Shown in pieces: positions 1-13,659 of a stretch of DNA of 64,000 nt. Both the position numbers and the translations under genes were made by a program. Each line of letters starts with the position of its first letter. The stretch's first letter is position 1. The notes below the pieces were generated by a model that was not told the DNA's origin, did no database searches, and saw only the letters and a list, made by a program, of their open reading frames with translations. The DNA comes from Laetmonice hystrix (taxonomy: Eukaryota): positions 45,200,001 to 45,264,000 of the forward strand of contig OZ249436.1 of NCBI GenBank assembly GCA_965235115.1, in the 5' to 3' direction.

Positions 1-1364
1 CTGCCACATTACATTCTCTGCTTAATTTCTCTTGGCATTTTGGTACATAAAATAATGGGTAGACCACTAGATGTCGCTTCACTATCTCACTCTTGAAACT
101 TGCGTAATTGCTGAAATATTAGACTATAACGGGTACGTAGTGGATAACCCAATTTTACTGGATCGAAATGTTTAATAATACACTGTATAAGTATTGTTAT
201 TAATAGCAGAGGAATTGGAAAGGTCGTGTTTCTAGCACGAACCGTTCACCGTAATTCCCGTGTAGTATCTCATCCATACTGTTTTAATTTCTCTCAGAAA
301 AACTACGCCAAAGTTACCAAGGTAACGGTTTTATTTCACAAGGCCTGGCGGTTATTAGAAGGTGGACACGCAGGCAGGGATAAACTGCTTGTTTTGGTGG
401 ACGGGTGTGGGTGAAAACAACTCACAGATTGAGTTCAACAATATGGTGTCACGCACATTCTGATATCGTCCCAGGCAGGGACACATATTGTCAGGCCTAA
501 AATCATATGTCTACAAAGTTGGTTGATTTTCTTTTCTAATGTAAATATAATATGCCATTGATTATGGTACATGATCGATATGATATTTGCATGTGGTTAG
601 CTGTTTTGTGAACATGAGTCATGTACGAAAGGATTTCATAGCATACAGAGACTGGGAATACATGCCTCAGGTAACATAAACCAGTAAATCATGTTTTTTT
701 TTTTTAAATCATGTTTTACCTCATGGTAACTTGTATCTTGTAGATCCCCAATCTCCCCCCCCCCCCCAACTACTCTAACAGCATGCATGGCATCAGTACC
801 TCAGCATGTCGAGGTACATCATGTTATTGTTTTAACATCCTATAAATAGACTTACCAGCATTTTCTAACACAACATGGAATTGGGTATGACCTCCGTCCT
901 GACATACGTGTCGACCACCTACATTGGTTTATTGTTTGGGAAGATGCTATTTGAGGGGGAGGGGGGGGGGTCTCTTACTCTTGACAACAATACGTAGGTG
1001 ATTGATTTTTGCAAATGAAAATATGATACATGCCAAGCTGTTCCTAATCATATTAGGTTTTATAATACATAATGTGTACATGTATCACTTATGGACTGGG
1101 TTCTGTGTCCTGGGCATTGTTTCATTCTGAGAATCATTATTATAGAAAAGCTTTTTCTTGTAGTGGTTCAGTTATTTATAGAGTTTCTCCTAAGTCGTTA
1201 TAAATACACAATGTAATGAACTGTATTTCTGTGTAACTTTTCCTGAGAACTACCTTGCATACCCTTGTTGTCCGTAAGAACCTATCCTCCGTCCGTGCTC
1301 CGTCAGCAGGCGTGGCGCCCCCTGTCGGAGCTCACTGGGTCACGTGACTACTCTCTGTTTCCAG

Positions 1365-1470
1365 GGTAACGAGGACAGACCTGTGTATTTCGCCCGTAAG
1401 TTTGAGGCGATCATTAATCTGGAGGTTATCAATGAAGTGGATGCCTATCTCTATGGAAATTACCCTGAAG
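1365..1470 (+). CDS. XYLT: XYLT exon ([35 protein letters not shown])
   Basis: Acceptor tttccag at 1358-1364, donor gtgggt at 1471; FARKFE motif. Confidence 0.88.
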
Positions 1471-3723
1471 GTGGGTTAGACGACTCATCGCCGCTTCCTG
1501 CTCTCAGTAACATACTCACACTGGAGAAAAGTGTTCAGCAACCTATATGCACTTTTGATTACTGTCTTGAATAATTAGTCCCGTGGGATTTTTTAAAACC
1601 AGTATTTAGGTATGGCCAAAAGGAGATATAATAGCCATACTGTGGATATTACACGATAGTTACGTCATTTCAAGAGTGTGGATTGTCTAGAAGAAATCAG
1701 TTTCTGATCAGATGTGAAACTCATTCTCTGTGCAGACACGCTGGGGCTGACGTCATACTGGCAGAACGACTACCATCACGCTGACGTCACAACGCCCGTC
1801 GATGACGCGGCTATGACGTTTTATCAGACGTTTGCCTCGCTGAGCGCCATACAAACCAAGAAACTACTTGGATTACCGGGTTGTACTTTCACACCTTCAA
1901 AGGTTGGCGGTGTTCACAAACTCTCCCTCTCAACACATATGTACGATATGAAGAATGATTAATAGATGAGAGTGCTGCTACTGCTGCCACCTGTTGTTTC
2001 TTTGTAACATTATCGTGAAATCCCAAGACGTTATCAAGCAGTGTTATAAACAAATAGCCAATCGGGAAGCGGGTAAAGACGGAGAGAAAAAAGTGTAGAA
2101 AGGTACGAGAAAGGTAAGAAAGCTCTCCAATTGAGGAAAAATCCAGAAATGTGTAGGAAAGGAGGGTTAATTTTACAAGGACGGGGTATCCTCTTGTTTT
2201 GGTAGAAGTTCTCATTCTGACTGTGGAGTGTATTGTTGCTCTAGGTACTGGAGGCGACAGTGTACTCGTTCTCGGACACTGTTCAAGGGTTGTTGGTGTA
2301 CTACACAGCCCGTATCATGGCACGCTCTGACCTTGAGGACAGGAAGGTCGAGACTCTGGTACAGCCACAGAAAATGTACAAGTTGGTGCGGCCTGCTGGA
2401 CCCGTCAGCCGGATCAAAAACCTCGAGGTCAGTACATACTGTCTCCTGATTGGTTACTGTATATCTCTCCTGCTCTGTGATTGGTTGGTATGCAGTCCAG
2501 CCGTCTGATTGGTCAGTACGTAACTCTCCTGATTGTATGGAAGGTCTTTTGGCCAGCAAAAGATTATATATAAGAACCAAATATCACCAGAACTGAAAAA
2601 CCGGGTATTTCCTTGATTTTACTATTAATTCTTTTAATTCAGAAGAAGAAAATAACAGAAATAACAAAATGTTTCATTTGCATGATTTGAAGATGTTAAA
2701 ATTTCTACGCCTTCTGGCCTTTCTCTGATGGCAACCTTCTTTCCACACAGGTTGGAATGGGATTTGATCCCAAGGAGGAATTATTCCGTAACTACGCCGG
2801 GTTGATGGGTCCATATAGTGACATCTCCCTGACCCACTCGTGGGGCAGTGGTCAGCAGTTCTCTGTGACTGTAGTTTGGGTTGATCCGGCTGGCGTGGTG
2901 GCTGCCTCCCATGATATTCTCATCAAGGCTGAGGAGACGGTAGCGAACTACAAGCCAACCTTACAGAAACCGCTGCGGCCGGGGCTGTGGACTGTCAAAC
3001 TGCTGTATCTATGGGAGGTTTCAGTGGAGACACAGTTTCTTGTCACCCCACTCTTAGTGTACGGAGGCCGGGAGATCAGAGATGCTGAGGCAGTGGCCTT
3101 ACACAACGGGCCGACTGGAGGGGTGTACACTGACCGTGACTACAGCGACATCAAGACCTTCCTTCAGCTACAGGTGAGGCTGTTAGTGGATACTGGAGAC
3201 ACTGGCTTAACTCATAGCAGGGGCCAAACTTACCTATGTACTCGCTAATAACGATATCGTTAACCTACGTAGAGATGAGTGGCCATGACTCGTTAATAAC
3301 GACTTCATTAACGAGGGAGTTCCCATTACTAAGTGTTATATTAACGATGAGCTTAGTAAGACTAGCCCCAGCAGGTCGATCTCTATAACGATCTCTATCT
3401 CGGATCAGTGGGAAATCATGTTTTGTTCTAATCCTGAAGTTTGTTGTAGGTGATAATATTGCGATCCACTGTTTGTGTTGTAGGATCCCGAGACGATGGA
3501 GAAGCAGGCTGCCGAGAACGGGAAGAAGGTTGGTTCCGAACTCCGGCAATGGGTGAGCACGTTATTACAGCGTGCATGGCACGTGAGTGATACGTGCGTG
3601 GACGGGTCAGCTCTCAGACGCTGTCCCCGCCTGCCGTCATGTCAGAAAACTTCTTGGAGTTCACTCTCACCTGACCCCAAGTCACACATAGGAAACGTGA
3701 AGGAGAACGGCAGGCTGAGATAA
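1365..3723 (+). CDS. XYLT: Protein xylosyltransferase (XYLT1/2, oxt-like), last five coding exons: 1365-1470, 1736-1902, 2245-2427, 2751-3173, 3484-3723; 5' part lies upstream of the window
   Basis: The spliced translation contains the XYLT motifs [55 protein letters not shown] and KPLRPGLW, and the hallmark C-terminus [22 protein letters not shown]. All junctions are AG/GT and in phase. Confidence 0.93.
1736..1902 (+). CDS. XYLT: XYLT exon ([16 protein letters not shown]...CTFTPSK)
   Basis: Acceptor tgtgcag, donor gttggc; phase matches both neighbours. Confidence 0.82.
2245..2427 (+). CDS. XYLT: XYLT exon ([18 protein letters not shown]...SRIKNLE)
   Basis: Acceptor gctctag, donor gtcagt; leads in frame into VGMGFDPKE. 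Confidence 0.82.
2751..3173 (+). CDS. XYLT: XYLT exon, Xylo_C domain ([15 protein letters not shown]...FLQLQ)
   Basis: Acceptor ccacacag, donor gtgagg; conserved FDPKE..FRNY.G, VVWVDP and PLRPG.W motifs. Confidence 0.92.
3484..3723 (+). CDS. XYLT: XYLT terminal coding exon (...[22 protein letters not shown])
   Basis: Acceptor gttgtag; conserved XYLT C-terminus; TAA at 3721-3723. Confidence 0.92.
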   Translation, partial: DPETMEKQAAENGKKVGSELRQWVSTLLQRAWHVSDTCVDGSALRRCPRLPSCQKTSWSSLSPDPKSHIGNVKENGRLR

Positions 3724-4147
3724 CCCACGGCCATCTACCGGGCTAGGACTGTACGGTGGCGCCGCCTATCGCGGAATAGCGTCAACGCTTCATCCCATTT
3801 GTCTTTCATCATTGTAATCATCGGTGTAATCATCTTCATAGTCATTGTGTGGCAAAAAACTTGGTGGCTCAGGGCCGACGTGCCAAACGTCAGACTGCTT
3901 TACCATGCAGCCAGTACGCTGGAAGATGAGATTTGAAACCACTGTAACCATGGGTTACGAGGATCATACCCCATGGTAACAATCGCAGGAATGTGGGGGA
4001 GAGGATATCGTCATGACGACCAGATCATAACATATAGAGGTCAGGTGCTCCTAGGGAACAATGAACCCTCCCGCTCCCTCGCCATAGTTACAAATATTTA
4101 TGTAAAAATAATGATATCCGGAACTGTCTTTGGGGGCTGACTTTTCT

Positions 4148-4628
4148 ACTTGGTTCAAGGTTGCCGTGCCATTGACCCCAGAGGTATTTATACTTGGTTC
4201 AAGGTTGCCATGCCATTGACCCCAGAGGTATTTATACTTGGTTCAAGGTTGCCATGGCATTGACCCCAGAGGTATTTATACTTGGTTCAAGGTTGCCATG
4301 CCATTGACCCCAGAGGTATTTATACTTGGTTCAAGGTTGCCATGCCATTGACCCCAGAGGTATTTATACTTGGTTCAAGGTTGCCATGCCATTGACCCCA
4401 GAGGTATTTATACTTGGTTCAAGGTTGCCATGCCATTGACCCCAGAGGTATTTATACTTGGTTCAAGGTTGCCATGCCATTGACCCCAGAGGTATTTATA
4501 CTTGGTTCAAGGTTGCCATGGCATTGACCCCAGAGGTATTTATACTTGGTTCAAGGTTGCCATGCCATTGACCCCACAGGTATTTATACTTGGTTCAAGG
4601 TTGCCATGCCATTGACCCCAGAGGTATT
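4148..4628. repeat. 44-bp minisatellite, ~11 copies
   Basis: Unit tacttggttcaaggttgccatgccattgaccccagaggtattta repeated almost perfectly. Confidence 0.95.
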
Positions 4629-5454
4629 TTTGTAGCCATGACGACAGGAAGGACGATTCGTAGTATTGTAATGTATTGAAGGCAGAATCTCTTTGTGGCG
4701 GAACCATTTGGCGTAGGTTGTGTGTTGCATTGTTTGCGGTCAGGTCCTGCTTTTTCAAAACGTCGTGTTTTGCTTAAGCTTAGCAATATTTACTTAAGCT
4801 TAAGTAAGAACGTACTTTTTGACAAACTAGCCCAGGCCCCGGTTTTTATTGTGTCATGGTCTCTTATTAGCTGGCTTCATTTGAAGGACCAATCAGAAAC
4901 TCTGAAAAAAGAGTTCAGTCTTAAGATTTGAATCTTAGGACTCGGTTTGCAAACTAAAAACCAGGGCCAGGTTTGGGCTGACATTAAGAATTTTCGCACT
5001 TGGAAAAGTGTGTCCTCACACGAAATATTCTCATCACAGGGTCTGATTGGCTGGAGGAGTGCATTATGGACGTGATATGATAATCATGCTATAGAAATTG
5101 AATCTTGTAGAGAAACACATGTGTTAGAAGATTAGCTAGAATTCCAAGTTTATAGGAGATGTTAGAAGATGTAGATATGGGTTGGTTAACTCAATGTGAG
5201 AGGAACCCAGTGTTAGCAAGGAAGTGTTCATATTGATTACCATGGGACGACTCCTAGAAATCCGCGGTTTTTGTTTGCTGTAGGAATAGTATGACATCAG
5301 AAAAAGAGGCTTAGCCTTGCTTATATCGTTGGAGAATATATAGGTATGCTGGTACCGGTTTATATCATCATGTCATCATCATCATCATTAACAAACAGGA
5401 TATTACAGCACCTCACGTAGATCTTAGCGTTTGGTCTCTCAGTATTGTGTTTCA

Positions 5455-6790
5455 TGAAAGTCGGTGTGTGTCTAAGTCTCTTATTTCATACCACTCGGTG
5501 TGTGTCTAAGTATTAATCGTACCGGTAGCTGTGAGTCTTGTGTTTCATACCGGTAGGTGTGAGTCTAGTGTTTCATACCGGTAGGTGTGCGTCTAGTGTT
5601 TCATACTGGTAGGTGTGCATCTCGTGTTTCATACCAGTAGCTGTGAGTCTTGTGTTTCATACCGGTAGCCGGTAGGTGTGAGTCTCGTGTTTCATACCGG
5701 TAGGTGTGAGCCTTGTGTTTCATACCGGTAGGTGTGCGTCTCGTGTTTCATACCGGTAGGTGTGCATCTCGTGTTTCATACCGGTAGGTGTGAGTCTTGT
5801 GTTTCATACCGGTAGGTGTGCATCTCGTGTTTCATACTGGTAGGTGTGAGTCTTGTGTTTGATACTGGTAGGTGTGCGTCTCGTGTTTCATACCGGTAGG
5901 TGTGCATCTCGTGTTTCATACCGGTAGGTGTGCATCTTGTGTTTCATACCGGTAGGTGTGCATCTCGTGTTTTATACCGGTAGGTGTGAGTCTTGTGTTT
6001 CATACTGGTAGGTGTGCATCTCGTGTTTTATACCAGTAGCTGTGAGTCTTGTGTTTCATACCGGTAGCCGGTAGGTGTGAGTCTTGTGTTTCATACCGGT
6101 AGGTGTGAGTCTTGTGTTTCATACCGGTAGGTGTGCATCTTGTGTTTCATACCGGTAGGTGTGCATCTCGTGTTTTATACCGGTAGGTGTGCGTCTTGTG
6201 TTTCATACCGGTAGGTGTGAGTCTCGTGTTTCATACCGGTAGGTGTGAGTCTTGTGTTTCATACCGGTAGGTGTGAGTCTTGTGTTTCATACTGGTAGGT
6301 GTGCATCTCGTGTTTTATACCGGTAGGTGTGCGTCTTGTGTTTCATACCGGTAGGTGTGAGTCTCGTGTTTCATACCGGTAGGTGTGAGTCTTGTGTTTC
6401 ATACCGGTAGGTGTGAGTCTTGTGTTTCATACCAGTAGGTATGAGTCTTGTGTTTCATACCGGTAGGTGTGAGTCTTGTGTTTCATACCGGTAGCTGTGA
6501 GTCTTGTGTTTCATACCGGTAGCCGGTGGGTGTGAGTCTTGTGTTTCATACCGGTAGCTGTGAGTCTTGTGTTTCATACCGGTAGCCGGTAGGTGTGAGT
6601 CTTGTGTTTCATACCGGTAGGTGTGAGTCTTGTGTTTCATACCGGTAGGTGTGCGTCTAGTGTTTCATACCGGTAGGTGTGCGTCTAGTGTTTCATACCG
6701 GTAGGTGTGCGTCTAGTGTTTCATACCGGTAGGTGTGCATCTCGTGTTTCATACCGGTAGGTGTGCGTCTCGTGTTTTATACCGGTAGAC
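5455..6790. repeat. 28-bp minisatellite, ~45 copies
   Basis: Unit gtgtttcataccggtaggtgtgagtctt with point variants and occasional gccggta insertions. Confidence 0.95.
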
Positions 6791-6975
6791 GGTAAATGTA
6801 CGGGTTTATCTAATCCCGTCCACCTGGTACGGGAAAGTCACTCCAGGTGGCGCCTCAAGGCAGTGCCAATCGACGGCTCCCATGGACATGCGCAGTGGAG
6901 GAGCGTCATTTAGTTCTAGTCTGCCGGACAACGCCAAATTATAGGTTTACAATCTGGACTGTAGAGCTCAATGAG

Positions 6976-8471
6976 TTTTTAGCCCCCACAACGGGGGGCT
7001 TATAATTCGACCTCCGTACGTCCGTACGTCCGTCCGTCCGTCCGTCCGTACGTCCGTCCGTATGTCCGTAGACAGCGATTTCTCAGAAGTGTATGGGTCG
7101 ATTTCTTTGAAACTTCACACAAGGATCAGGGATGAACTGAGGATGATGCACGTCAAACAGATTTTTGATATCATTCAAAATGGCCGCTTGGTGGCCATCT
7201 TGGATGTAAACACATTTTGAGCAATAACTCAGCCAAAACAATCACGATTTCTTTCAAACATGGTGCAGGGATGAGGCATAAAGAGGGCCAATATGCATCA
7301 CAATAAAATTTTAATTCAGATCCAAAATGGCGACATGGCGGCCATATTTGTTTCTTGACCCCCACAACGACACTGTTTTGGCTTATATCTCGAAAACGGT
7401 GCAAGATGACGCAATAGTTACTATTATTGGTAGATAGGAAGTCATATATGACGTTTCATTTGGCGCCATTTTCGATGACCTTGAGCGACCTTGAAAGGTC
7501 AATCAAGGTCATGCATATTTTCAATAGCCTGGATCTTCAAAACAGTTGAAAATAACGACATAATCTTGCATGAAACATTACATAATGATCCGGGACAGTC
7601 CACGGATGAGGGAGGTCGAAGATACTTTTGACATCAATCAAAATGGCCGCGTGGTGGCCATCTTGGATCTAAACACATTTGGAACAATAACTCAGAGAAA
7701 ACGATCCCGATTTCTTTCAAATTTGGTGGAAAGAAGGTGTATATGAGGGGCAATGTATATGCCAATGTATTGCCAGATTAGAGCAAATATGGCGACATGG
7801 CGGCCATATTAATATTTTACTCCCCCCCCCCATAACACTGTTTTGGCTCATATCTCGAAAACGGTGCAAGATAAGGCAATAGTTATTATTATTGACAGAT
7901 AGGAAGTCATATTTGAAGTTTCATTTGGCGCCATTTTCGATGACCTTGAGCGACCTTGAAAGGTCAGTCAAGGTCATGCATATTTTAATAGCCTGTACCT
8001 CCAAACCAGTTGAAGATAACAACATCTAATCTTGCATGAAACATTACATAATAACCAGGGACAGTCTAAGGAGGACACAGGTCAAATATATCATTAAAAA
8101 TGGCTGCTTGGTGGCCATCTTGGATTTAAAGAAATTCGAAGAAATTTTCTGGATTTTGTTCTTGCCGATAGAAGGCATGAGGGGCAACAAGCGTGCCAAA
8201 GGTACGCATAGTTCCTGGACCCACAGATAATTTGTCCCTACTCAGCAGATAAATAACTGCATAGTTATTGCAGACAAAGTGCATCTTCACGCCGGATAAC
8301 GCTATCAAGCTGTACATAACTGCATAGAACTTTACTAAGATGCAGACGAAGTACATACGAAGTTTCATTTGACAATATCTCCTTTGCCCTTCAAAGATCA
8401 ATTGAAGTCGTGCATCGTTTTTTCAAGAACCCATCGTTTGTGGTGGGGGCTATAAGCTTCACAAGCTTGTT
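6976..8471 (+). mobile_element. Non-autonomous Helentron-associated element (HINE/DINE-1-like)
   Basis: Starts in a T-run with tagccccc...gggggct (subTIR plus inverted repeat), followed by a (CCGT)n microsatellite. Has internal ~465-bp tandem units (aaaatggc...gtggccatcttggat at ~7175, ~7640, ~8097). Ends with gggggctat plus the hairpin aagctt-cac-aagctt and gtt. Confidence 0.8.
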
Positions 8472-9446
8472 ACATGTGGTATTTTTTGGTATTGAACATT
8501 TTGATACATATACATTTATTTAATATGGGGCAGTGTGAAACAAATAAATCTAATCATAATATGGCCTATTCGTTAGAAGCGTGCCATTAGAAACTTATAT
8601 GGGCAGTGGTCCCAGTCATAGAAACGAAAAGTCTAGAACATTAGGTCTGTAACTCCAAGACGAAAGTCAAGAAGTTGTGCCATGTAAAAAGACTGCAACT
8701 CAAAAATAGTCGAGAGTCGCTTGGGAATAACGTTTAGAATTGGTGGACTTTTTCAACATTTTGGGATATAATTGAAAAAAAACTATTGATTGAAAAGTGG
8801 ATATATTTGATTTGGGAAGGGAGAATCACCTGGAATGTGGTTCCTTATGATAAGTGTCGGTGTGTACTGAGAAAAGTCTTCCTGTAAATCTTAGTTTTAG
8901 TTTAAAAAAAATTATATTAGGAGATATTTGCCACAATCGCTATAGGCATGTACTGTGAAGAATAAGTATGAATGATTATTATGTGAATGACTTTGCTATA
9001 AATACTGAATGAATGATAACGACGACTTGATTGGACGAATTGATTTGTGATAAGATATTTAAGTTGTTTAATGATAACACATGTAGTTAGGTTGTTTCCT
9101 AAGATCATGAATGCTATTGAAGGAGATAAAGTCGATGTAGGGGGAGTGAAACACATACACATCACAACCTCTTCACAATCGCTTTATTTCATCGAAATGA
9201 AGGATGTTGAGGCACTGTAGGGTAGCAGATATAAGTTTACGAGGTGAAAAGGTTTCTCCTAGGAACTCTTATTAAAATCTACTGTGGAGGTAAAAATCTA
9301 CTGAGTAGATGTGGAGGTATCTTGAGGATGGTCGTGTAAACCAGCGTTCAATGAATCGATAATTTATCTTGGTGGGACAAGATACCTGAAGAGGTAGCAG
9401 GTATATTTATAATCAGAGAAAGTATCGCAGACACGAGTAATATTCT

Positions 9447-9650
9447 CACGTCTGAGGCCAGGATTGGGAATGAGTCTGTGCACGTCTGAGGCCAGGATTG
9501 GGAATGAGTCTGTGCACGTCTGAGGCCAGGATTGGGAATGAGTCTGTGCACGTCTGAGGCCAGGATTGGGAATGAGTCTGTGCACGTCTAGGGCCAGGAT
9601 TGGGAATGAGTCTGTGCACGTCTGAGGCCAGGATTGGGAATGAGTCTGTG
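9447..9650. repeat. 34-bp minisatellite, ~6 copies
   Basis: Unit cacgtctgaggccaggattgggaatgagtctgtg. Confidence 0.93.
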
Positions 9651-11591
9651 AAGTTATGCAAGGGCCATTTTACGGACAACACAGTCATACAACTCATAAC
9701 ATTTTCTGTCGCTGAATGAATGAAGATTTTACAACATTAAAATGACCTCTAGATATATTCTAGTCCCCTGGACCATATATAACTTACAAGGGTTCGTCAA
9801 AACATAAACTTACATTAGAGAAATAATGTACAAAGAACTATATTATGTTTAAATGAAGGGTCTACATGTGTCGTCCCGCGGCTATCGCTAACTTTCCAAA
9901 CTTAAGATCTTACTTAGGGGGCCTAAGCGGGAGCGTTAAGCTCAAGCAAGTTCTTAAGTTTTGAAAAAAAACCGGACCCTGGTGTATTTTGAATGTGAAT
10001 AACGAGTTTGAGTAAATGTAACGTTCTATATCTGACCAGGGACAGGGGTGTTTTTCATATCCTCTACCTTTGACAGAAACACCAAAGAATTTCTAACGAC
10101 ACACAGATTAACAATGGATGTAAACCCCAAGGTGGACCGGGTATAATCAGGAATTGCCGTGCGTTGTCATACGATCTGTTACTTATGTGATATATTTTGT
10201 TAATAGTCCTTGATGAGGTCCAAGAGATGGAGAAAGGATTGGTTGAACTTGGAGATACATCACCGAGAGTTTGAGGTGGTACTGCAGAATTATATCAGAC
10301 TGAAGAATGCCAGAGCGTAAACTGGCATTCGATCCTGTATTACCCATGTTTTGATCGCAGTGCCACGCGATGGTGGCTGGATTTATGACCAACCTTTTAT
10401 TCAAATATTTTAGAGTTTTGACGGCTGATTTTCTACCAGACGCCAAAACGTAAAAAAAACGCTCCAAATAGATGACACATTGGTTGATGTCGAGTTTATA
10501 GCATGTAGACTTCACGGATGCAATAAAACATTGACGTTTTCAGCATGCTTCAGCATGCTTCACCCACCCACCACTGCATGGCGCTGCGGTCGCAGTCCGC
10601 CCTCTGTCTGTATACGATCTCATGTTGGAGACGTAACTGATGTCTGTAATCTCCGCCAGGGGGCGTCGGCGGAAGGTTGCCGTGAGCAGAACTTTGTTAG
10701 TTTTTTCTCGTCTGGTACACAGGATATTTTCCTGGCGGCCTGAACGTAAGTGATGTTATAAGATATATTATCTAAAGTGGACCTCGTCGTTTTAATTTTC
10801 GCCGAATAACAACACCAGAAATGAAATGGTGTGATTGTAGTTGGATGTAATTATTTTTGTACATTGATTTTTCAGATGTGATGCGTGCTTCAATCAAAGA
10901 GTATTGTCTATTGCTTAGCAATGATATCCACGTGCTATAAATGTTGGGGTTTTTTTTTGGGGGGGGGGGGGAGGGTCTGGGGGCCGAGTCTAGGGTTAGA
11001 GTTATAATAATAATAATAATAATAATAGATTTTTAATTATCACCACTATATTTGGTGGAAAGGTGTAACAATGGGGACCCACCTATCATTTGACACAGAC
11101 TATTGACAGACGCTACTTGTAATGAATCACTGAATGTTGTGTTGTTGGGGGTCGTAGAGAAAATGTTAGAATCGTAGATTCTCACTACTATCAGCATTTG
11201 CTCAAACCGGTGATTTAACCCCCCTCCCCCCACAGGAATAATAATCAAGAAGAATAATGGTGAAGTAAATCTCATTTGTCTTCCATTTTATAGTCTGTAG
11301 AAGAACTCTTTTGTTTCATTTCCATTTTCGTCTTCCAGCTTATCTTGCCTGCCTCCTTAAGTTTGTTTTAATCTCGTTTATCCGTTAATCCGTTTTTGCT
11401 CTATTTACAATTTATGTAGGCCTACCAGTCACTGTGCCAACACTGAATTTGTTCTTGCCTTAAACTGCTTTGCAAAAGCTGCGATTCCTTCCTTTATTTG
11501 TTATGTTAGATAATTGTATCTCTAATTTATTTTAAACTCATGTTATTGTTCCATTGCCGATGGAACGCAGTTTGTATGTTCGGGCCATGTA

Positions 11592-11689
11592 CAGGGTGTG
11601 CACAAACTCTGACCCGCATTAAGAAAATAATGTAAGGCTTGTAATGTAACGGTTATTTTATGTGGGTCGGAAGTTTTGGATGCACCCTG
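11592..11689. mobile_element. Small Tc1/mariner-type MITE
   Basis: Imperfect ~28-bp TIRs (cagggtgtgcacaaactctgacccgcat / atgtgggtcggaagttttggatgcaccctg) flanked by TA on both sides. Confidence 0.7.
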
Positions 11690-13021
11690 TATTTGTAATT
11701 AGATATCTTGCCATTTGCTTGGTATATATTTCCCATGATTCCGTGTCATTCTCCCACGCACTCGAAATGTACAGTTGGTTGTGTTGTTCGAGGCAGAACA
11801 GAAGTTCCGAATAAATGATTCGGTTTTTTTTGTCTCTCGGTCACCATAGATCTAGGTTGCACAACCTACTGAGATCTGTGTGGTTGTAAAGATAAGGATT
11901 GTGAATGTTTTGAACGAATAAAGCCATCCAAACTTGATCTAGTCACTCCGTACGTGCGTTCTCTCTATACACTTTGTTATAATGAATCACGAAATGTCCC
12001 GTAAAAGTAAATTTCGTAAAAATAAAAAGTAAAATCTCGGGCCCCTATACGCGGTTAACACCGTCGGCCGTCCTGTAAAATTTAACGTACCTCTGAATCC
12101 CAAAACTGAGATTATACCAAGTGACATTCACCCTACAAGAGAAATACCTGATGAATATTTTAGGAACTACATTTGCGGAGGGAAATCAGCTCGTCGCAAG
12201 TCGGTTGGCCAAATTTCGGGATGATTCAAAATACTTCGGGTGTTTCCGACTAGGTACTTCCGTTCCAACATAGTGGCTGCAGATGATTTCTCCGAAGATT
12301 TAGCTCTAGATGCTTGTGTGGCATCATATTCTGAGAGTCTGCGCCTTAAAAGTAAACAACAAGAGTGCCTCAGCAAAATCGAGCAGCCACGATTTCAACC
12401 AATCGGAACGACCGAGCCATTTCCGGTTTAATTTGCTTTCGGGAAGTAGACTTGGAGGCTCAAGTCACATTCGGCCCACCTCGGGACTGTCCGGGCCAGA
12501 TAGCGAAGCGACCGGAAGTTGGGGCGAGGTTTTCCGAATGGCTCAAGTCAGTGAACTGCCGTGACGTCACGGGCAAGAATATAGATAGGCTGTAGAATCC
12601 CCCACGGCCGTATCACTCCCACACCATAGCATTACGAAAACGGAAGTCCTTCCACCGGACTATTCGGCAGCCTACTGACTTGTGCCGACTTGGACAGTCA
12701 ATCACGACCGAGCAATTTCCGGTTTACTTTCCTTTCGGGAATTGGACTCGGACAGTGAAAGTTTGACCTTGACTTTCTGAAAGTTTTCCCTTTAGGGAGG
12801 AGCGGGATTCAGAAATGTCGGGTTTCCCAATTGATGTTATCAGAAAAAGTGTTTTAGAAAAAAATTGGATGATTTATGTTTGATTGATTTGCTCTTCTAA
12901 ACTTTTCTAATTCTTGATGTCCCGGTTTTGCTTATATAGTTACTCCCTGGTGGTGACCTTCACCGTGTCTTCATTACACAGAGGCACACTTCCAGACAGG
13001 ATATCTAAAGAGGCCTATTAT

Positions 13022-13605
13022 CATTCGGGATTCCCTCGGCCATATCTTCGAAAATAGCCTCGGGTGAAACAGGCGCCATTTTGAGCATTGCATCGCGGGT
13101 ACATTTAGCCGGGACTCTCGACAGCATGGCAGTGCTTGCAGTATTTTGTCTGCATCAGGCATGGAAGCAACTAAAATAGGCCTACAATGCTTTCCCCGAA
13201 GTCAGTGGGCAATATTACGATATTATCGTCTTCATGATACAACTTAAATTACAAGTAGTCCTTCCATGTGTCGTGCATGTGTCGTTCATGGGCGCGGCCA
13301 TATTGCTTCCCATAATTTGATAAATTACTGTATTGACGCCCATTTAGGTAAATTAGGTGATTCATTTTGCTTCTTCAAATGTTCCCCTTCATACCAGAAA
13401 TTTATATTTGCACATACAACGCCGAAGAAGCAGGTGTCAATAATGCACTACTTCGTGGCTCGATGGGATATGACGGTTCACTCAGTGCCTCGCTACACAC
13501 CTCCATTTGGCCATGTATCCGGTTGCCAAACATGGCCGCTATTCCACCCGAGGGTATATTCGAATAGCAGGAAGTGACGTCATATGCCCGAGGGAGTCCC
13601 GAATG
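13022..13605. mobile_element. MITE with terminal inverted repeats and a 9-bp flanking direct repeat
   Basis: TIRs cattcgggattccctcggccatat / atatgcccgagggagtcccgaatg with further subterminal inverted similarity; gcctattat at 13013-13021 and 13606-13614. Confidence 0.7.
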
Positions 13606-13659
13606 GCCTATTATGTCAGTGTTGGAAGGTGGCCTTTTACAGGTGCGTAGATCTATGAT

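Noticed and set aside
11917..11922. AATAAA as the XYLT poly(A) signal
   Set aside because: It would imply an ~8-kb 3' UTR, and several earlier AATAAA hexamers exist; this cannot be decided without transcript data.
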